In this document: piece after piece, positions 54,415 through 63,824 of the stretch | How the letters are laid out: every line of letters starts with the position of its first letter | Numbering within the stretch: the first letter of the stretch is position 1 | NCBI GenBank assembly: GCA_017470005.1 | Contig: JAFUFH010000086.1 | Span: forward strand, 15,881-79,880 | Length of the DNA stretch: 64,000 bases | From: Bacilli bacterium | GTDB taxonomy: Bacteria; Bacillota_I; Bacilli_A; RFN20; CAG-288 | Direction of reading: 5' to 3' | Notes under the pieces: generated by a model | What the model saw: the letters and a program-made list of their open reading frames with translations, nothing else | Database searches by the model: none | What the model was told of the DNA's origin: nothing | Made by a program: the position numbers and the translations under genes

Positions 54415-57342
54415 ATGTATTTTCAATTGAACACTCAGTCTTCTTACGATTTTGGTTCATCCACGATTCTCCCTTCTTCTTATGCGAGTAGAGCGAAAGA
54501 ATTAGGGTATACAGGGATTGCGCTTTGTGATGTCTCTCTTTCCTCTTTCCCTTCTTTTAGCGATGCTTGTGAAGCAAACAAAATCAAAGGAATCTTTGGT
54601 CATCGATTAGATTTATTCTCTACTCACACCATTCCTTTCCACGCTTGTTTATATGTTAAAGATGAGCAAGGATATCGAAATTTGTGTAAGATTCTTTCTA
54701 GAAATGAAGAAGTGTGTTCTAAAGATACGCTCTCTCTTTATCACGAAGGTTTAATTTTAGTTCTCGCTTGTGATTCCGATCTCTTTTTTAGCGATGCCTT
54801 CTTAACCAGAATCTCTCCAGATATTCTTTTCTATAAAAAATTATTCCAAGATGACTTCTATTTAGGAGTTTGTCTTTACAATGAATCCGACTTCCAAGAA
54901 GTGCATCAACTTTATCAATTCATCGATGATAATGAATATTCCTCTGTGGCTTTTCCTTATGTTTGTTATTTAAAGAAAACAGATGCTTATAAAAAGAATG
55001 TTTTAGAAAAAGCTTTGAAGAAAGAACCTGCTTTAGATGTAGAAAAAGAAGGACCTTATTTCCTTCTCTCAGAAAAAGTCATCCAAAAGATTTATCGTGA
55101 GAAAGAAATCAACGCTAGTGAAGAGATTGCAAAGAAAATCTCTTTCTCTTTCTTTGAAAAGAGAGGAGAGCTCATCACTTTTGAAAAAGAAGATGAAGTC
55201 TTGAAAAAGAAATGTGAAGATGGATTGAAACACAAATTAGGAGAGATTCCGAAAGAATATCAAGATAGACTCTCTTATGAACTCTCCGTCATCCAAGAGA
55301 TGAAATTCTCTTCTTATTTCTTGTTAGTTTCGGATTATGTCCATTACGCAAAGACTCACGATATCAAAGTGGGACCTGGTAGAGGCTCCGCGGGTGGAGC
55401 TTTGACTTCTTTTGCTATGGATATCACAGAGATTGACCCTCTTTCTTTTCATCTCAGCTTCGAGCGTTTCTTGAATCCGAAACGTTCTTCTATGCCGGAT
55501 ATCGATATCGACTTTGAAACGAGAAAAAGAGACGATATCATTAGATATCTCAAGCAAAAATATGGGGAGAGACACTGCAGTAATATTGTCACATTTGAAA
55601 GATTAAAACCGAAAAAAGGACTGCAGTTGATTGGAGAAGCACTTTCTTTTAACAAGAACAGATTGAAACAGTTATCTTCTCTGATTTCTCCTTATGCAAA
55701 AGACTTTAAAGAAGCTTTGAAAGATAATTATTATGGTGCAGAACTAAGAAAGTTATATGAAGATCCTTATTACAAGAATCTTTGCGATTTAGTAGAATCT
55801 CTTTTAGATACTCCTATCAACACTTCTATTCACCCTGCCGGTTTGATTGTATCCAAAAATGACATTTATCAAACTTGCCCTGTCAGCGAGGGAATGAGTG
55901 GAATGGTCATGTATGAATATCCTTACATGGAAAGAATGGGATTCTTAAAGGTAGATATTCTCGCCTTAGATAATCTTGATTTTATTCGTGAGATTGAAAA
56001 TGAAATCCAAAAAGAAGGAAAGAAGATTCCTCCTTATCAAGAGAACCTCAACGATCCTAAGGTTTATGATGTCCTTAACGCTTTAGATACTAGCAATATC
56101 TTCCAATTAGAATCCTACAGCATGAGAAGAACCATTCAGCAAGTTCACCCTGTCAATTTTGAACAAATGGCAGCGGTCTCTGCTTTAAACCGTCCTGGTC
56201 CTAAAGCCTATATCCCTTTATATGCCAAACGTAAAAACGGGCAAGAAAAGATTCAATATAAACACCCTGTGTTACAAGAGACGTTAAAAGAGAGCCAAGG
56301 AATCATGATCTACCAAGAGCAGATCATCCAAGCGGTTCAGCTTTTGGCGGGCTTTTCTCTTTCAGATGCCGACCTTTTCCGTGCGGCCATCTCCAAAAAG
56401 AAACTGGATAAGATGGAAAAATACAAAGCGGATTTCATCAAAGGTTGCAAAGAAAAGAACAATATCGATGAAAAACTCGCTTTAGAGATTTATAACGACA
56501 TCGAACAATTCGCTTCTTATGGTTATAACAAAGCGCATTGTTTTGCTTATAACATGGTCACTTATCAGCTCTTATTCTTAAAGACTTATTTCCCCAAAGA
56601 ATTCTATTCTGCGGTGTTAAAAAGAACTTCTTTGAACAAGATCAATTCCATAGAAACGGAATTAAAAGAAAGAAATCTCAAATTGAAGAATCCAGATATC
56701 AATTTTTCCTTGCCGCAAGATTATTTCTTCCAAGATGGTAACATTTTCATTCCTTTCTTAAAAATTTCTAACGTGCAAGAAAAATTTGTTAACGCCATTG
56801 TAGAAGAGAGAAAGAAAGGAAAATACACTTCTTTCTATGACTTCTGTCAAAGAAATTATGATTTGATTGGAAACACGGAAGAAAAAGCCCTCCGTTCCAT
56901 GATTGATGCGGGATGCTTTGATTCTTTATGTAAGAGCAGAGTTGCGATGAAAGAGAAACTGACCGATTATCTTTCCTTCATTCGTCTCTCCTTCCCAGAA
57001 GACGCCCTTCCTCCGTTAAGCGATGAAGGCGAAGATATCGGAGAGATGTTATATTTAGAAAAGATTTGCTTAGGAAAAGTTTTATCCATCTCCTTGAATC
57101 GTATCTTCTATCGAAATCATTTCATCACGGCATTTGTGTCGGATACTTCTATGTTAGAGATTTCTCACACCATCAAGGTGGAAACGGAAGATAACTCTTA
57201 CACCGTACAATTAGATAAGAAAGAAGAAGTTCAGAAATTTGATTTTGTTTTGATACAAGCGGATTTCTCTAGTAAAAACAAAGGAAGAATCGTTCCTTAC
57301 CAAATGGTAAATATGAAGAAAAAGGTGGTGAAACATGGCTAG
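54415..57342 (+). CDS. dnaE: DNA polymerase III alpha subunit
   Basis: 975 aa. An N-terminal PHP domain, then the polymerase core GPGRGSAGGALTSFAMDITEIDPL and fingers/beta-binding regions. Compact, with no C-terminal OB extension. Confidence 0.9.
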   Translation: MYFQLNTQSSYDFGSSTILPSSYASRAKELGYTGIALCDVSLSSFPSFSDACEANKIKGIFGHRLDLFSTHTIPFHACLYVKDEQGYRNLCKILSRNEEVCSKDTLSLYHEGLILVLACDSDLFFSDAFLTRISPDILFYKKLFQDDFYLGVCLYNESDFQEVHQLYQFIDDNEYSSVAFPYVCYLKKTDAYKKNVLEKALKKEPALDVEKEGPYFLLSEKVIQKIYREKEINASEEIAKKISFSFFEKRGELITFEKEDEVLKKKCEDGLKHKLGEIPKEYQDRLSYELSVIQEMKFSSYFLLVSDYVHYAKTHDIKVGPGRGSAGGALTSFAMDITEIDPLSFHLSFERFLNPKRSSMPDIDIDFETRKRDDIIRYLKQKYGERHCSNIVTFERLKPKKGLQLIGEALSFNKNRLKQLSSLISPYAKDFKEALKDNYYGAELRKLYEDPYYKNLCDLVESLLDTPINTSIHPAGLIVSKNDIYQTCPVSEGMSGMVMYEYPYMERMGFLKVDILALDNLDFIREIENEIQKEGKKIPPYQENLNDPKVYDVLNALDTSNIFQLESYSMRRTIQQVHPVNFEQMAAVSALNRPGPKAYIPLYAKRKNGQEKIQYKHPVLQETLKESQGIMIYQEQIIQAVQLLAGFSLSDADLFRAAISKKKLDKMEKYKADFIKGCKEKNNIDEKLALEIYNDIEQFASYGYNKAHCFAYNMVTYQLLFLKTYFPKEFYSAVLKRTSLNKINSIETELKERNLKLKNPDINFSLPQDYFFQDGNIFIPFLKISNVQEKFVNAIVEERKKGKYTSFYDFCQRNYDLIGNTEEKALRSMIDAGCFDSLCKSRVAMKEKLTDYLSFIRLSFPEDALPPLSDEGEDIGEMLYLEKICLGKVLSISLNRIFYRNHFITAFVSDTSMLEISHTIKVETEDNSYTVQLDKKEEVQKFDFVLIQADFSSKNKGRIVPYQMVNMKKKVVKHG

Positions 57343-59965
57343 AACTTATATCGTTGATGGAAACTCTTTGCTCTTTAGAGCGTATTATTCCACTGCTTAT
57401 ACCGGTAATTTGATGATGACAAAGGATGGGATTCCTACCAATGCCATCTACGCTTTTCATAATTTGATTCGTAAGATCAAGGAAGGATTGAAAGAAGGGG
57501 ACCACATGTTTGTTTCTTTCGATACAGGAAAGCCTTCTTTTAGAAAACAAGAATTTGAAGAATACAAAGCCCAAAGAAGTAAAGCTCCGGATGAGCTTGT
57601 CTGTCAGATGCCTATGGCTAGAGAACTTCTCTCCGCGATGAATATCCATTGGAATGAAATCGAAGGATATGAAGGAGATGATTTGGCCGGTTCTATGGCA
57701 AAGCTTGCCGCATCTAACGGGGATGAAGTTACTCTTTTCACTTCCGATAAAGATTTCTTACAACTCTTATCTCTCTCTTCTCAAGTGCATGTTTGTTTCT
57801 TGAAGAAAGGCTTAAGTGAAACCATTGACTATACCAAAGATAACCTTCATTCTCTCTTTGGCTTAAATCCGGATCAAGTCACCGATTTTAAAGGAATCGC
57901 AGGAGATCCTAGCGACAACTATTTAGGAATCAAAGGTGTTGGAGAAAAGACTGCAATGAAACTTCTCAATGACTATGGTCATTTAGAGGATGTGTTAGCG
58001 TATTGTAGAGAGAATCCTAAACCCAAAGTGAATCAAAAGATCTTAGAAGGAGAGAAAGATGCTCTCTTCTTTAAGAAGCTTGCTACCATTGAAACCGATT
58101 TGGATATGAAGGAAGATTATCAAAAATCTCTTTATGCTCCTTATCAAAAAGGAAAGCTGAGCAAGTACTATATCAAATATCAATTGGCGCAATTCCTTCG
58201 CAATATCGATTCTTTAAGAGATATCCAAGACGGGGGAGAAATCGAAAGTGATGCTTTCCAAGAGGATATGCAAGTCCAGGAGATGATGGAGAGCAAATTC
58301 GTGGAAAGAAAGAATATCACCATCACTTCTTTTGAACAGATTCAAGAAAAGATCCTCGCCCTTGCTTTAGAGACAAGTTCCGATAATGAGAATACCGCTA
58401 CTCTTCATCGCTTTGCTTTTGCAAGCAAAGAGAATGTCTATCTCATCAATAAAGAGAACTTACAAGGAGATGAAGCTTTCTCTTCTTGGTTAGAGGAGGA
58501 AAAGAAAGATTTAGCCGTCTATGATATCAAAGGAATCCAAGTGCTACTTTCTCGAAATCAATTTCCGAAATTGAAAGGTGTCTCTTTTGATTTGTTGTTG
58601 GCTACTTATCTTATCAATCCGGATTCTGGACAAAAGAAGGCGGACTTATTCCTCTCTTATGGAGTCTCTTTAGATTTGAATAAAAATATCGCTTCTCAAA
58701 TTGTTTCTTATACCGCCGATTTAAGAAAGAGAGTCGAAGAAGATTTATTCAAGAACGAACAAATGCCTCTATTAAAAGAAGTAGAACTTCCTTTAGCCAA
58801 TATCCTTGCCGATATGGAATTAGAAGGATTCCCTATCGATAAAGATGTCTTAGAAGAGATTGGAGAAGAGTATGAAGGAATCCTTTCTTCTTTAGAGAAA
58901 CAAATCTTCACGTTAGCCAATCAAGAATTCAACATCAATTCCCCGAAGCAATTAGAAACTGTCCTCTTCACCGATTTAGGTATCTCTCGTCCTAAAGGAG
59001 AAAAAGGAACCGGCATTGAAGTGTTACAATATCACATCAATGACCATCCTATCATCCCTCTCATCATTCAATATCGACTCTATAACAAACTTGTATCTGG
59101 TTATACTACTGCGCTTCCTGAACACATCTCTGATGATGGTAAAATCCACGCTCTTTACAATCAAGCCTTGACGGCTACCGGACGTCTTTCTATGTCAGAA
59201 CCTAACCTTCAAAATATCTCTATTCGTAATGAAGAAGGAAAGAACATCCGAAAAGCGTTTTTCTATCCTAACAAAGAGTTTTATATCTTATCTTTAGATT
59301 ATTCTCAGATTGAGCTGAGAATGTTAGCTTCTGTTGCTCACATTCAAGCGTTAGAAGAAATCTTTGCCGAAGGAAAGGATATTCACGCCTCTACTGCCGC
59401 TCGTGTCTTCTCGGTTCCTTTTGAAGAAGTCACTCCCGATATGAGAAGAAAAGCAAAAGCGGTCAATTTTGGTATCGTTTATGGTATCTCCGCTTTTGGC
59501 CTATCCAATCAATTATCTATCTCACCGAAAGAAGCCGGAGATTTGATCAAACAGTTCAAAGAAGCCTTTGTAGGAATCGAAGATTTCCAGAATAAATGTG
59601 TCCAAGAAGCAAGAGATAATGGCTTTGTGAAGACCATTTTAAACAGAAGAAGATATTTGAGAGATATTCATTCTTCCAACCGTGTTTTAAGAGCCTTCTC
59701 CGAAAGAGCGGCTACCAATACCGTCATTCAAGGAAGTGCTGCGGACTTGATCAAAGTCGCCATGATTGAATGCGATAAAGCACTGAAGGGATATCAGAGT
59801 AAAATCGTGCTTCAAATTCACGACGAACTTCTCTTCAAAGTTCCCAAAAATGAGATCGATGAAGTTCTTCCAAAACTGAAATATGCGATGGAACACGCAC
59901 TAAAATTATCGGTTCCTTTAGAAGTGGATGGCACTTATGCTACCACATGGTATGAGGCTCATTAA
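57335..59965 (+). CDS. polA: DNA polymerase I
   Basis: 876 aa. A 5'-3' exonuclease domain, a (degenerate) 3'-5' exonuclease region and polymerase motifs (RRKAKAVNFGIVYGIS, QIHDELLF). 8-nt overlap with dnaE. Confidence 0.95.
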   Translation: MARTYIVDGNSLLFRAYYSTAYTGNLMMTKDGIPTNAIYAFHNLIRKIKEGLKEGDHMFVSFDTGKPSFRKQEFEEYKAQRSKAPDELVCQMPMARELLSAMNIHWNEIEGYEGDDLAGSMAKLAASNGDEVTLFTSDKDFLQLLSLSSQVHVCFLKKGLSETIDYTKDNLHSLFGLNPDQVTDFKGIAGDPSDNYLGIKGVGEKTAMKLLNDYGHLEDVLAYCRENPKPKVNQKILEGEKDALFFKKLATIETDLDMKEDYQKSLYAPYQKGKLSKYYIKYQLAQFLRNIDSLRDIQDGGEIESDAFQEDMQVQEMMESKFVERKNITITSFEQIQEKILALALETSSDNENTATLHRFAFASKENVYLINKENLQGDEAFSSWLEEEKKDLAVYDIKGIQVLLSRNQFPKLKGVSFDLLLATYLINPDSGQKKADLFLSYGVSLDLNKNIASQIVSYTADLRKRVEEDLFKNEQMPLLKEVELPLANILADMELEGFPIDKDVLEEIGEEYEGILSSLEKQIFTLANQEFNINSPKQLETVLFTDLGISRPKGEKGTGIEVLQYHINDHPIIPLIIQYRLYNKLVSGYTTALPEHISDDGKIHALYNQALTATGRLSMSEPNLQNISIRNEEGKNIRKAFFYPNKEFYILSLDYSQIELRMLASVAHIQALEEIFAEGKDIHASTAARVFSVPFEEVTPDMRRKAKAVNFGIVYGISAFGLSNQLSISPKEAGDLIKQFKEAFVGIEDFQNKCVQEARDNGFVKTILNRRRYLRDIHSSNRVLRAFSERAATNTVIQGSAADLIKVAMIECDKALKGYQSKIVLQIHDELLFKVPKNEIDEVLPKLKYAMEHALKLSVPLEVDGTYATTWYEAH

Positions 59966-59967
59966 TT

Positions 59968-61350
59968 ATGCCAGAACTCCCGGAAGTTGAGACCGTCAAA
60001 AGAGAATTAGAAAAGGTATTGATTGGAAAAACCTTCAATACTCCTATCGTCTATTACAAACCTTTGATTCATTCTCCTTATGAGGAATACATCAGCGCTT
60101 TAAAAGGAAAGAAAGTGACTCACCTCTCTAGAAGAGGAAAATTCCTTCTCCTTCATTTAGATGATGATCATAAACTCATCTTCCATTTGAGGATGGAAGG
60201 AAAACTCTTTGTGGTGAAAGAAGATCACTCTCTTTCTCATCTTTCTATGTATATTCCTTTCCTTGAGGAAGAAGGCGGACTTGCTTTTTATGATGTGAGA
60301 AAATTCGGTGTCACCTATTACTGTAAAGAAGAGGATGATTCCGTCTTTGCTCACCTTGGTCCAGAACCTTTTGAAATTGAAGATGATCTCTATTTATTCG
60401 CCCATTATCACAACAGCAACAAACACATCAAAGAACTCTTGTTAGATCAGAGCATCATGAGCGGATTAGGAAATATCTATGCGGATGAAGTCTTATTCCG
60501 TTCGCACATCTCTCCTTTCAAGAAGGGAAAGAAACTGACAAGAGAGGATTGTGATACCATCTTAGAGCAATCGAAGAAAGTGTTAACTCTTGCTATCGAG
60601 AGCAATGGGTCTACGATAAGAACATATTGGGCTAGCAAAAATGTCCATGGAAGCTTCCAGGATTTCTTGAGAGTGTACGGAAGACAAGGATTAGCGTGCC
60701 AAGAATGTAAGACACACAAGATTGAAAAGAAGATGATTTCTTCTCGCTCCACTTCCTATTGCCCACACTGTCAAAACACAGGTTATTCTGTAGCGATCAC
60801 AGGAAAGATTGCCTCCGGAAAGTCTTTGGCTCTCTCTTATTTTGCTAGCTGTGGCTTCTTGACTTTCTCTTGTGATGAGGAAGTTCACCGCTTATATAAA
60901 GACGAGAAATTTTTAGAAGAATTAAAAAAGAATTTCCCTCAAGTCTTCACTCCCACTTTAGATAAAGTTCTCATCACTTCTCTTCTTCAAAACGACAAAG
61001 CTTTTAAGAGAAAATATGAACACTTCATCTTCCAACGCGTCAAAAAGAGCGTGGATGATTTCTTGATGGAACATGATGGAGAAGATAAAGCAGTGGAAGT
61101 TCCCCTTCTCTTTGATGCCCACATGCAAGATATGTTCTCTTACACTTGTGGAGTAGAAACTACAAAACAAGAAGAACACTTGAAATCTAGAGGGGAAGAA
61201 AAATCGAGAAAAGCCTTCAATCAAATCAATTCTTATGATGAACATAGAAAAGAATTAGATTTTATTTTGAACAATGATTCTGGAAAAGATGAATTATTAA
61301 GCCAAGTGAAACAAGTCGTTTCTGCCATTCATAAGAATAAGATTTATTAA
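59968..61350 (+). CDS. mutM/coaE: Fused formamidopyrimidine-DNA glycosylase (Fpg/MutM) - dephospho-CoA kinase (CoaE)
   Basis: Residues 1 to about 270 read MPELPEVETVKRELE...zinc finger CQEC...CPHCQ. The CoaE P-loop AITGKIASGKS and the VPLLFD motif follow directly to the C-terminus, with no stop between the two domains. 460 aa. Confidence 0.8.
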   Translation: MPELPEVETVKRELEKVLIGKTFNTPIVYYKPLIHSPYEEYISALKGKKVTHLSRRGKFLLLHLDDDHKLIFHLRMEGKLFVVKEDHSLSHLSMYIPFLEEEGGLAFYDVRKFGVTYYCKEEDDSVFAHLGPEPFEIEDDLYLFAHYHNSNKHIKELLLDQSIMSGLGNIYADEVLFRSHISPFKKGKKLTREDCDTILEQSKKVLTLAIESNGSTIRTYWASKNVHGSFQDFLRVYGRQGLACQECKTHKIEKKMISSRSTSYCPHCQNTGYSVAITGKIASGKSLALSYFASCGFLTFSCDEEVHRLYKDEKFLEELKKNFPQVFTPTLDKVLITSLLQNDKAFKRKYEHFIFQRVKKSVDDFLMEHDGEDKAVEVPLLFDAHMQDMFSYTCGVETTKQEEHLKSRGEEKSRKAFNQINSYDEHRKELDFILNNDSGKDELLSQVKQVVSAIHKNKIY

Positions 61351-61438
61351 TATTTTATTGATTTTTTTCTTCGGTTTTAATTGACTATCGAACAATATAA
61401 GTTATATCTTATATTATATTTTTTGATATGGAGACTAT

Positions 61439-63391
61439 ATGAAAAAGAAAACATTACCTTTATTCCTTGCTCTTGTCGCCTTTGGGCTAACTGCCTGCGG
61501 AGAAGCAAGTTCCACCACTCCTACTTCTCAAGACACTACCCCTACACAGACCACTGACACTACTAAAGATACTACTGCTAGTGAAACCACATCCTCTACT
61601 ACAAAAGGTTGGGATGATGCAACGAAAAAACTTTTTAAAGATCATCTTCACAACATCGATCTCCCTTACTTCCAATTAAATAATCAGACCGTTAATTACC
61701 TCGAAGGAAGAGAACTTATCGTCTTTGAAGCTACCGATTTAGAAGAAGGAGATTTAGAAGAAATCTCTAATTTATTTGTTGAAGATGGCTGGGATGGAGG
61801 CGATGTCTCTCAAAACATGGGAATGGAAGAAGATGGATATCTTTATTCCTACATGATTTCCACTTCCACCGATGAAGGAAATCGCTTTGTAGAAGTTGAT
61901 TTCTATTGTTATGAAACTTTAGTGGATGAAGAAGACCCTTCTGTCACTTCTGAAACTTATGCAAAGTCTGGCAACTTCCGCTTGACCGCATATGATCCTT
62001 ACACTTATGAATTCCCTACAGAGGAAGCGGATTGGCTTGCCTCTATCGTCTCTACCAATTTCTTCGAGCACACTCCTGTTCCTAGTTATGATGGTGCAGA
62101 ATACTATAAGGTCATACAAAACTTATCTGCGATTGGCGCTTATAAGCCCGGCTTAAACTCTAATGATGGCGGTTATACCACCGTATTAGAAGAAGCTGGG
62201 TTCAGTGTTTCTTTCAGCGATCAATTTGGTGCCTATGTTGGTACCCCTGAAGATAAGGATTATCAAATCTTATATCGTTATGATTTGACCAGTGGTATGT
62301 TCATGATGATGTTCTTTGAATATGAAGAACCTCTTGTTCCGTATAACGCTTGGAATGAAGAACAGATCGCCAAATTATTTGAAGATTATGGTATTGAGAA
62401 TTTCTCTTACACCATTCCCGCTTTAAATGTAGAGGGAGCTACCTATTATTACACAGGTGAATATGCTTCTAGCACTGGTTACATCTTAGTGCAAGGCGTC
62501 GAAGAAAAAGACTTCACCTCTTATCAAGCCACTCTCAAGAGTGCTGGATGGGAAATCAGCGAAGATGAATTCGATGAAAATGCGGTTCAATTCTCTAAGA
62601 AGATTGATAATAGACTTCCTGTTAACACGCTCTCCTATAGTGAAACTAACAGCTCTATCACCATCACCTTACAACTCAACCCTGATGTTGCTCCTTATGA
62701 TACTTTCCCAAAAGATATCATCCAAGAAAACTTGGTTTCTATGTATGGAGACGGATTCACTTATCAGATTCCCGCTTACAGCGGACAAGGTGTCAAACAA
62801 TACAAGGTCAATGGTAATTGCTTCACCTTCATCTTAGAAGATGGTGCGGATTTAGACGTTGTCCTTGCCGGATACATGAAAGATTTGGTCGCTGCTGGTT
62901 TTGTCCAAAAAGATGAGGCTACCGCAGTCACTGCCGATGAAATCTATCGTATCCAAGCCGATTTAGATTATATCTTAGGCACGATCGAATTCATGGTTGA
63001 CCTTACACCAGAGCCTATCCCTGTCTTTAACACTTTCCCGAAAGATAAACTCATCGATGACTTCAAGACACACAATCCTGACTTCAATGACACCATTATC
63101 GCTTTAGATGGCGGTGATGAATATAGCTATATCATCAATGTGTATGAAACCGATGTCTTTGGCTCCATTGATTGTCTCTTCACCAAAGGAGATATGAGCA
63201 AGATTGTCGCCGATTATGAGAAGGCCTTAAAAGATGCTGGCTTCACCGATTATGATCAGGAAGAACCCGGAAACGGAGAATATCTCTCTCCTAAAGGCCA
63301 ATACAAGCTCCGTGTTGAAGCGGACGATGATTACACTGGATACTTTGTCATCTCTTTGAATTTTGATGACATTGTTGACGGAACTCTTTAA
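61439..63391 (+). CDS. Hypothetical surface lipoprotein with a Thr/Ser-rich linker (650 aa)
   Basis: MKKKTLPLFLALVAFGLTACGE lipobox. TTPTQTTDTTKDTTASETTSSTT linker. Acidic, with no recognisable domain. Confidence 0.65.
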   Translation: MKKKTLPLFLALVAFGLTACGEASSTTPTSQDTTPTQTTDTTKDTTASETTSSTTKGWDDATKKLFKDHLHNIDLPYFQLNNQTVNYLEGRELIVFEATDLEEGDLEEISNLFVEDGWDGGDVSQNMGMEEDGYLYSYMISTSTDEGNRFVEVDFYCYETLVDEEDPSVTSETYAKSGNFRLTAYDPYTYEFPTEEADWLASIVSTNFFEHTPVPSYDGAEYYKVIQNLSAIGAYKPGLNSNDGGYTTVLEEAGFSVSFSDQFGAYVGTPEDKDYQILYRYDLTSGMFMMMFFEYEEPLVPYNAWNEEQIAKLFEDYGIENFSYTIPALNVEGATYYYTGEYASSTGYILVQGVEEKDFTSYQATLKSAGWEISEDEFDENAVQFSKKIDNRLPVNTLSYSETNSSITITLQLNPDVAPYDTFPKDIIQENLVSMYGDGFTYQIPAYSGQGVKQYKVNGNCFTFILEDGADLDVVLAGYMKDLVAAGFVQKDEATAVTADEIYRIQADLDYILGTIEFMVDLTPEPIPVFNTFPKDKLIDDFKTHNPDFNDTIIALDGGDEYSYIINVYETDVFGSIDCLFTKGDMSKIVADYEKALKDAGFTDYDQEEPGNGEYLSPKGQYKLRVEADDDYTGYFVISLNFDDIVDGTL

Positions 63392-63396
63392 AAAAA

Positions 63397-63435
63397 ATAC
63401 AAGCTTTGACTCGAAAGAGTTGAAGCTTGTTTTGA
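63397..63435 (+). terminator. Terminator (acaagctt...aagcttgt compound hairpin + T4)
   Basis: 8-bp outer stem enclosing an inner actc-gaaa-gagt hairpin. Confidence 0.55.
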
Positions 63436-63488
63436 TTTAAAACGAATTTCAAAATTGATATACTACTAAGCAAAGAAAGGCATTATTT

Positions 63489-63812
63489 ATGAAACACACA
63501 AACTTAGTTGACTTCCTTCTAGATGATAATAATACGGAACCCTTGATTCTCTCCACAGAGAAGGGTGGCCGTTTCAGTTTCGAGAAGATTGCCGTCATTC
63601 CTCACGAGAAAGAACTCTATGTCATCATGCGTCCTTTGTATAAGATTGAAGGCATGAAAGAGAATGAAGCTATCGTTTGTAAATTGGTCGGAGAAGGGGA
63701 TGATCAAAGACTTGATTTTGTCGAGGATCAAGCTTTGATCAATCTCATCTTTCAAAAGTATTACGAAGTCTTAAATTTCCAAGTCAACCACCTTGTTGAC
63801 CAACAGAAATAA
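63489..63812 (+). CDS. DUF1292 (UPF0473/YrzB-like) family protein
   Basis: 107 aa. The pattern E.G..F.F..IA.I..E..LYV.MRP...E...E..I.K is typical of this small Firmicutes family. Confidence 0.5.
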   Translation: MKHTNLVDFLLDDNNTEPLILSTEKGGRFSFEKIAVIPHEKELYVIMRPLYKIEGMKENEAIVCKLVGEGDDQRLDFVEDQALINLIFQKYYEVLNFQVNHLVDQQK

Positions 63813-63824
63813 AGTTACCACGAA

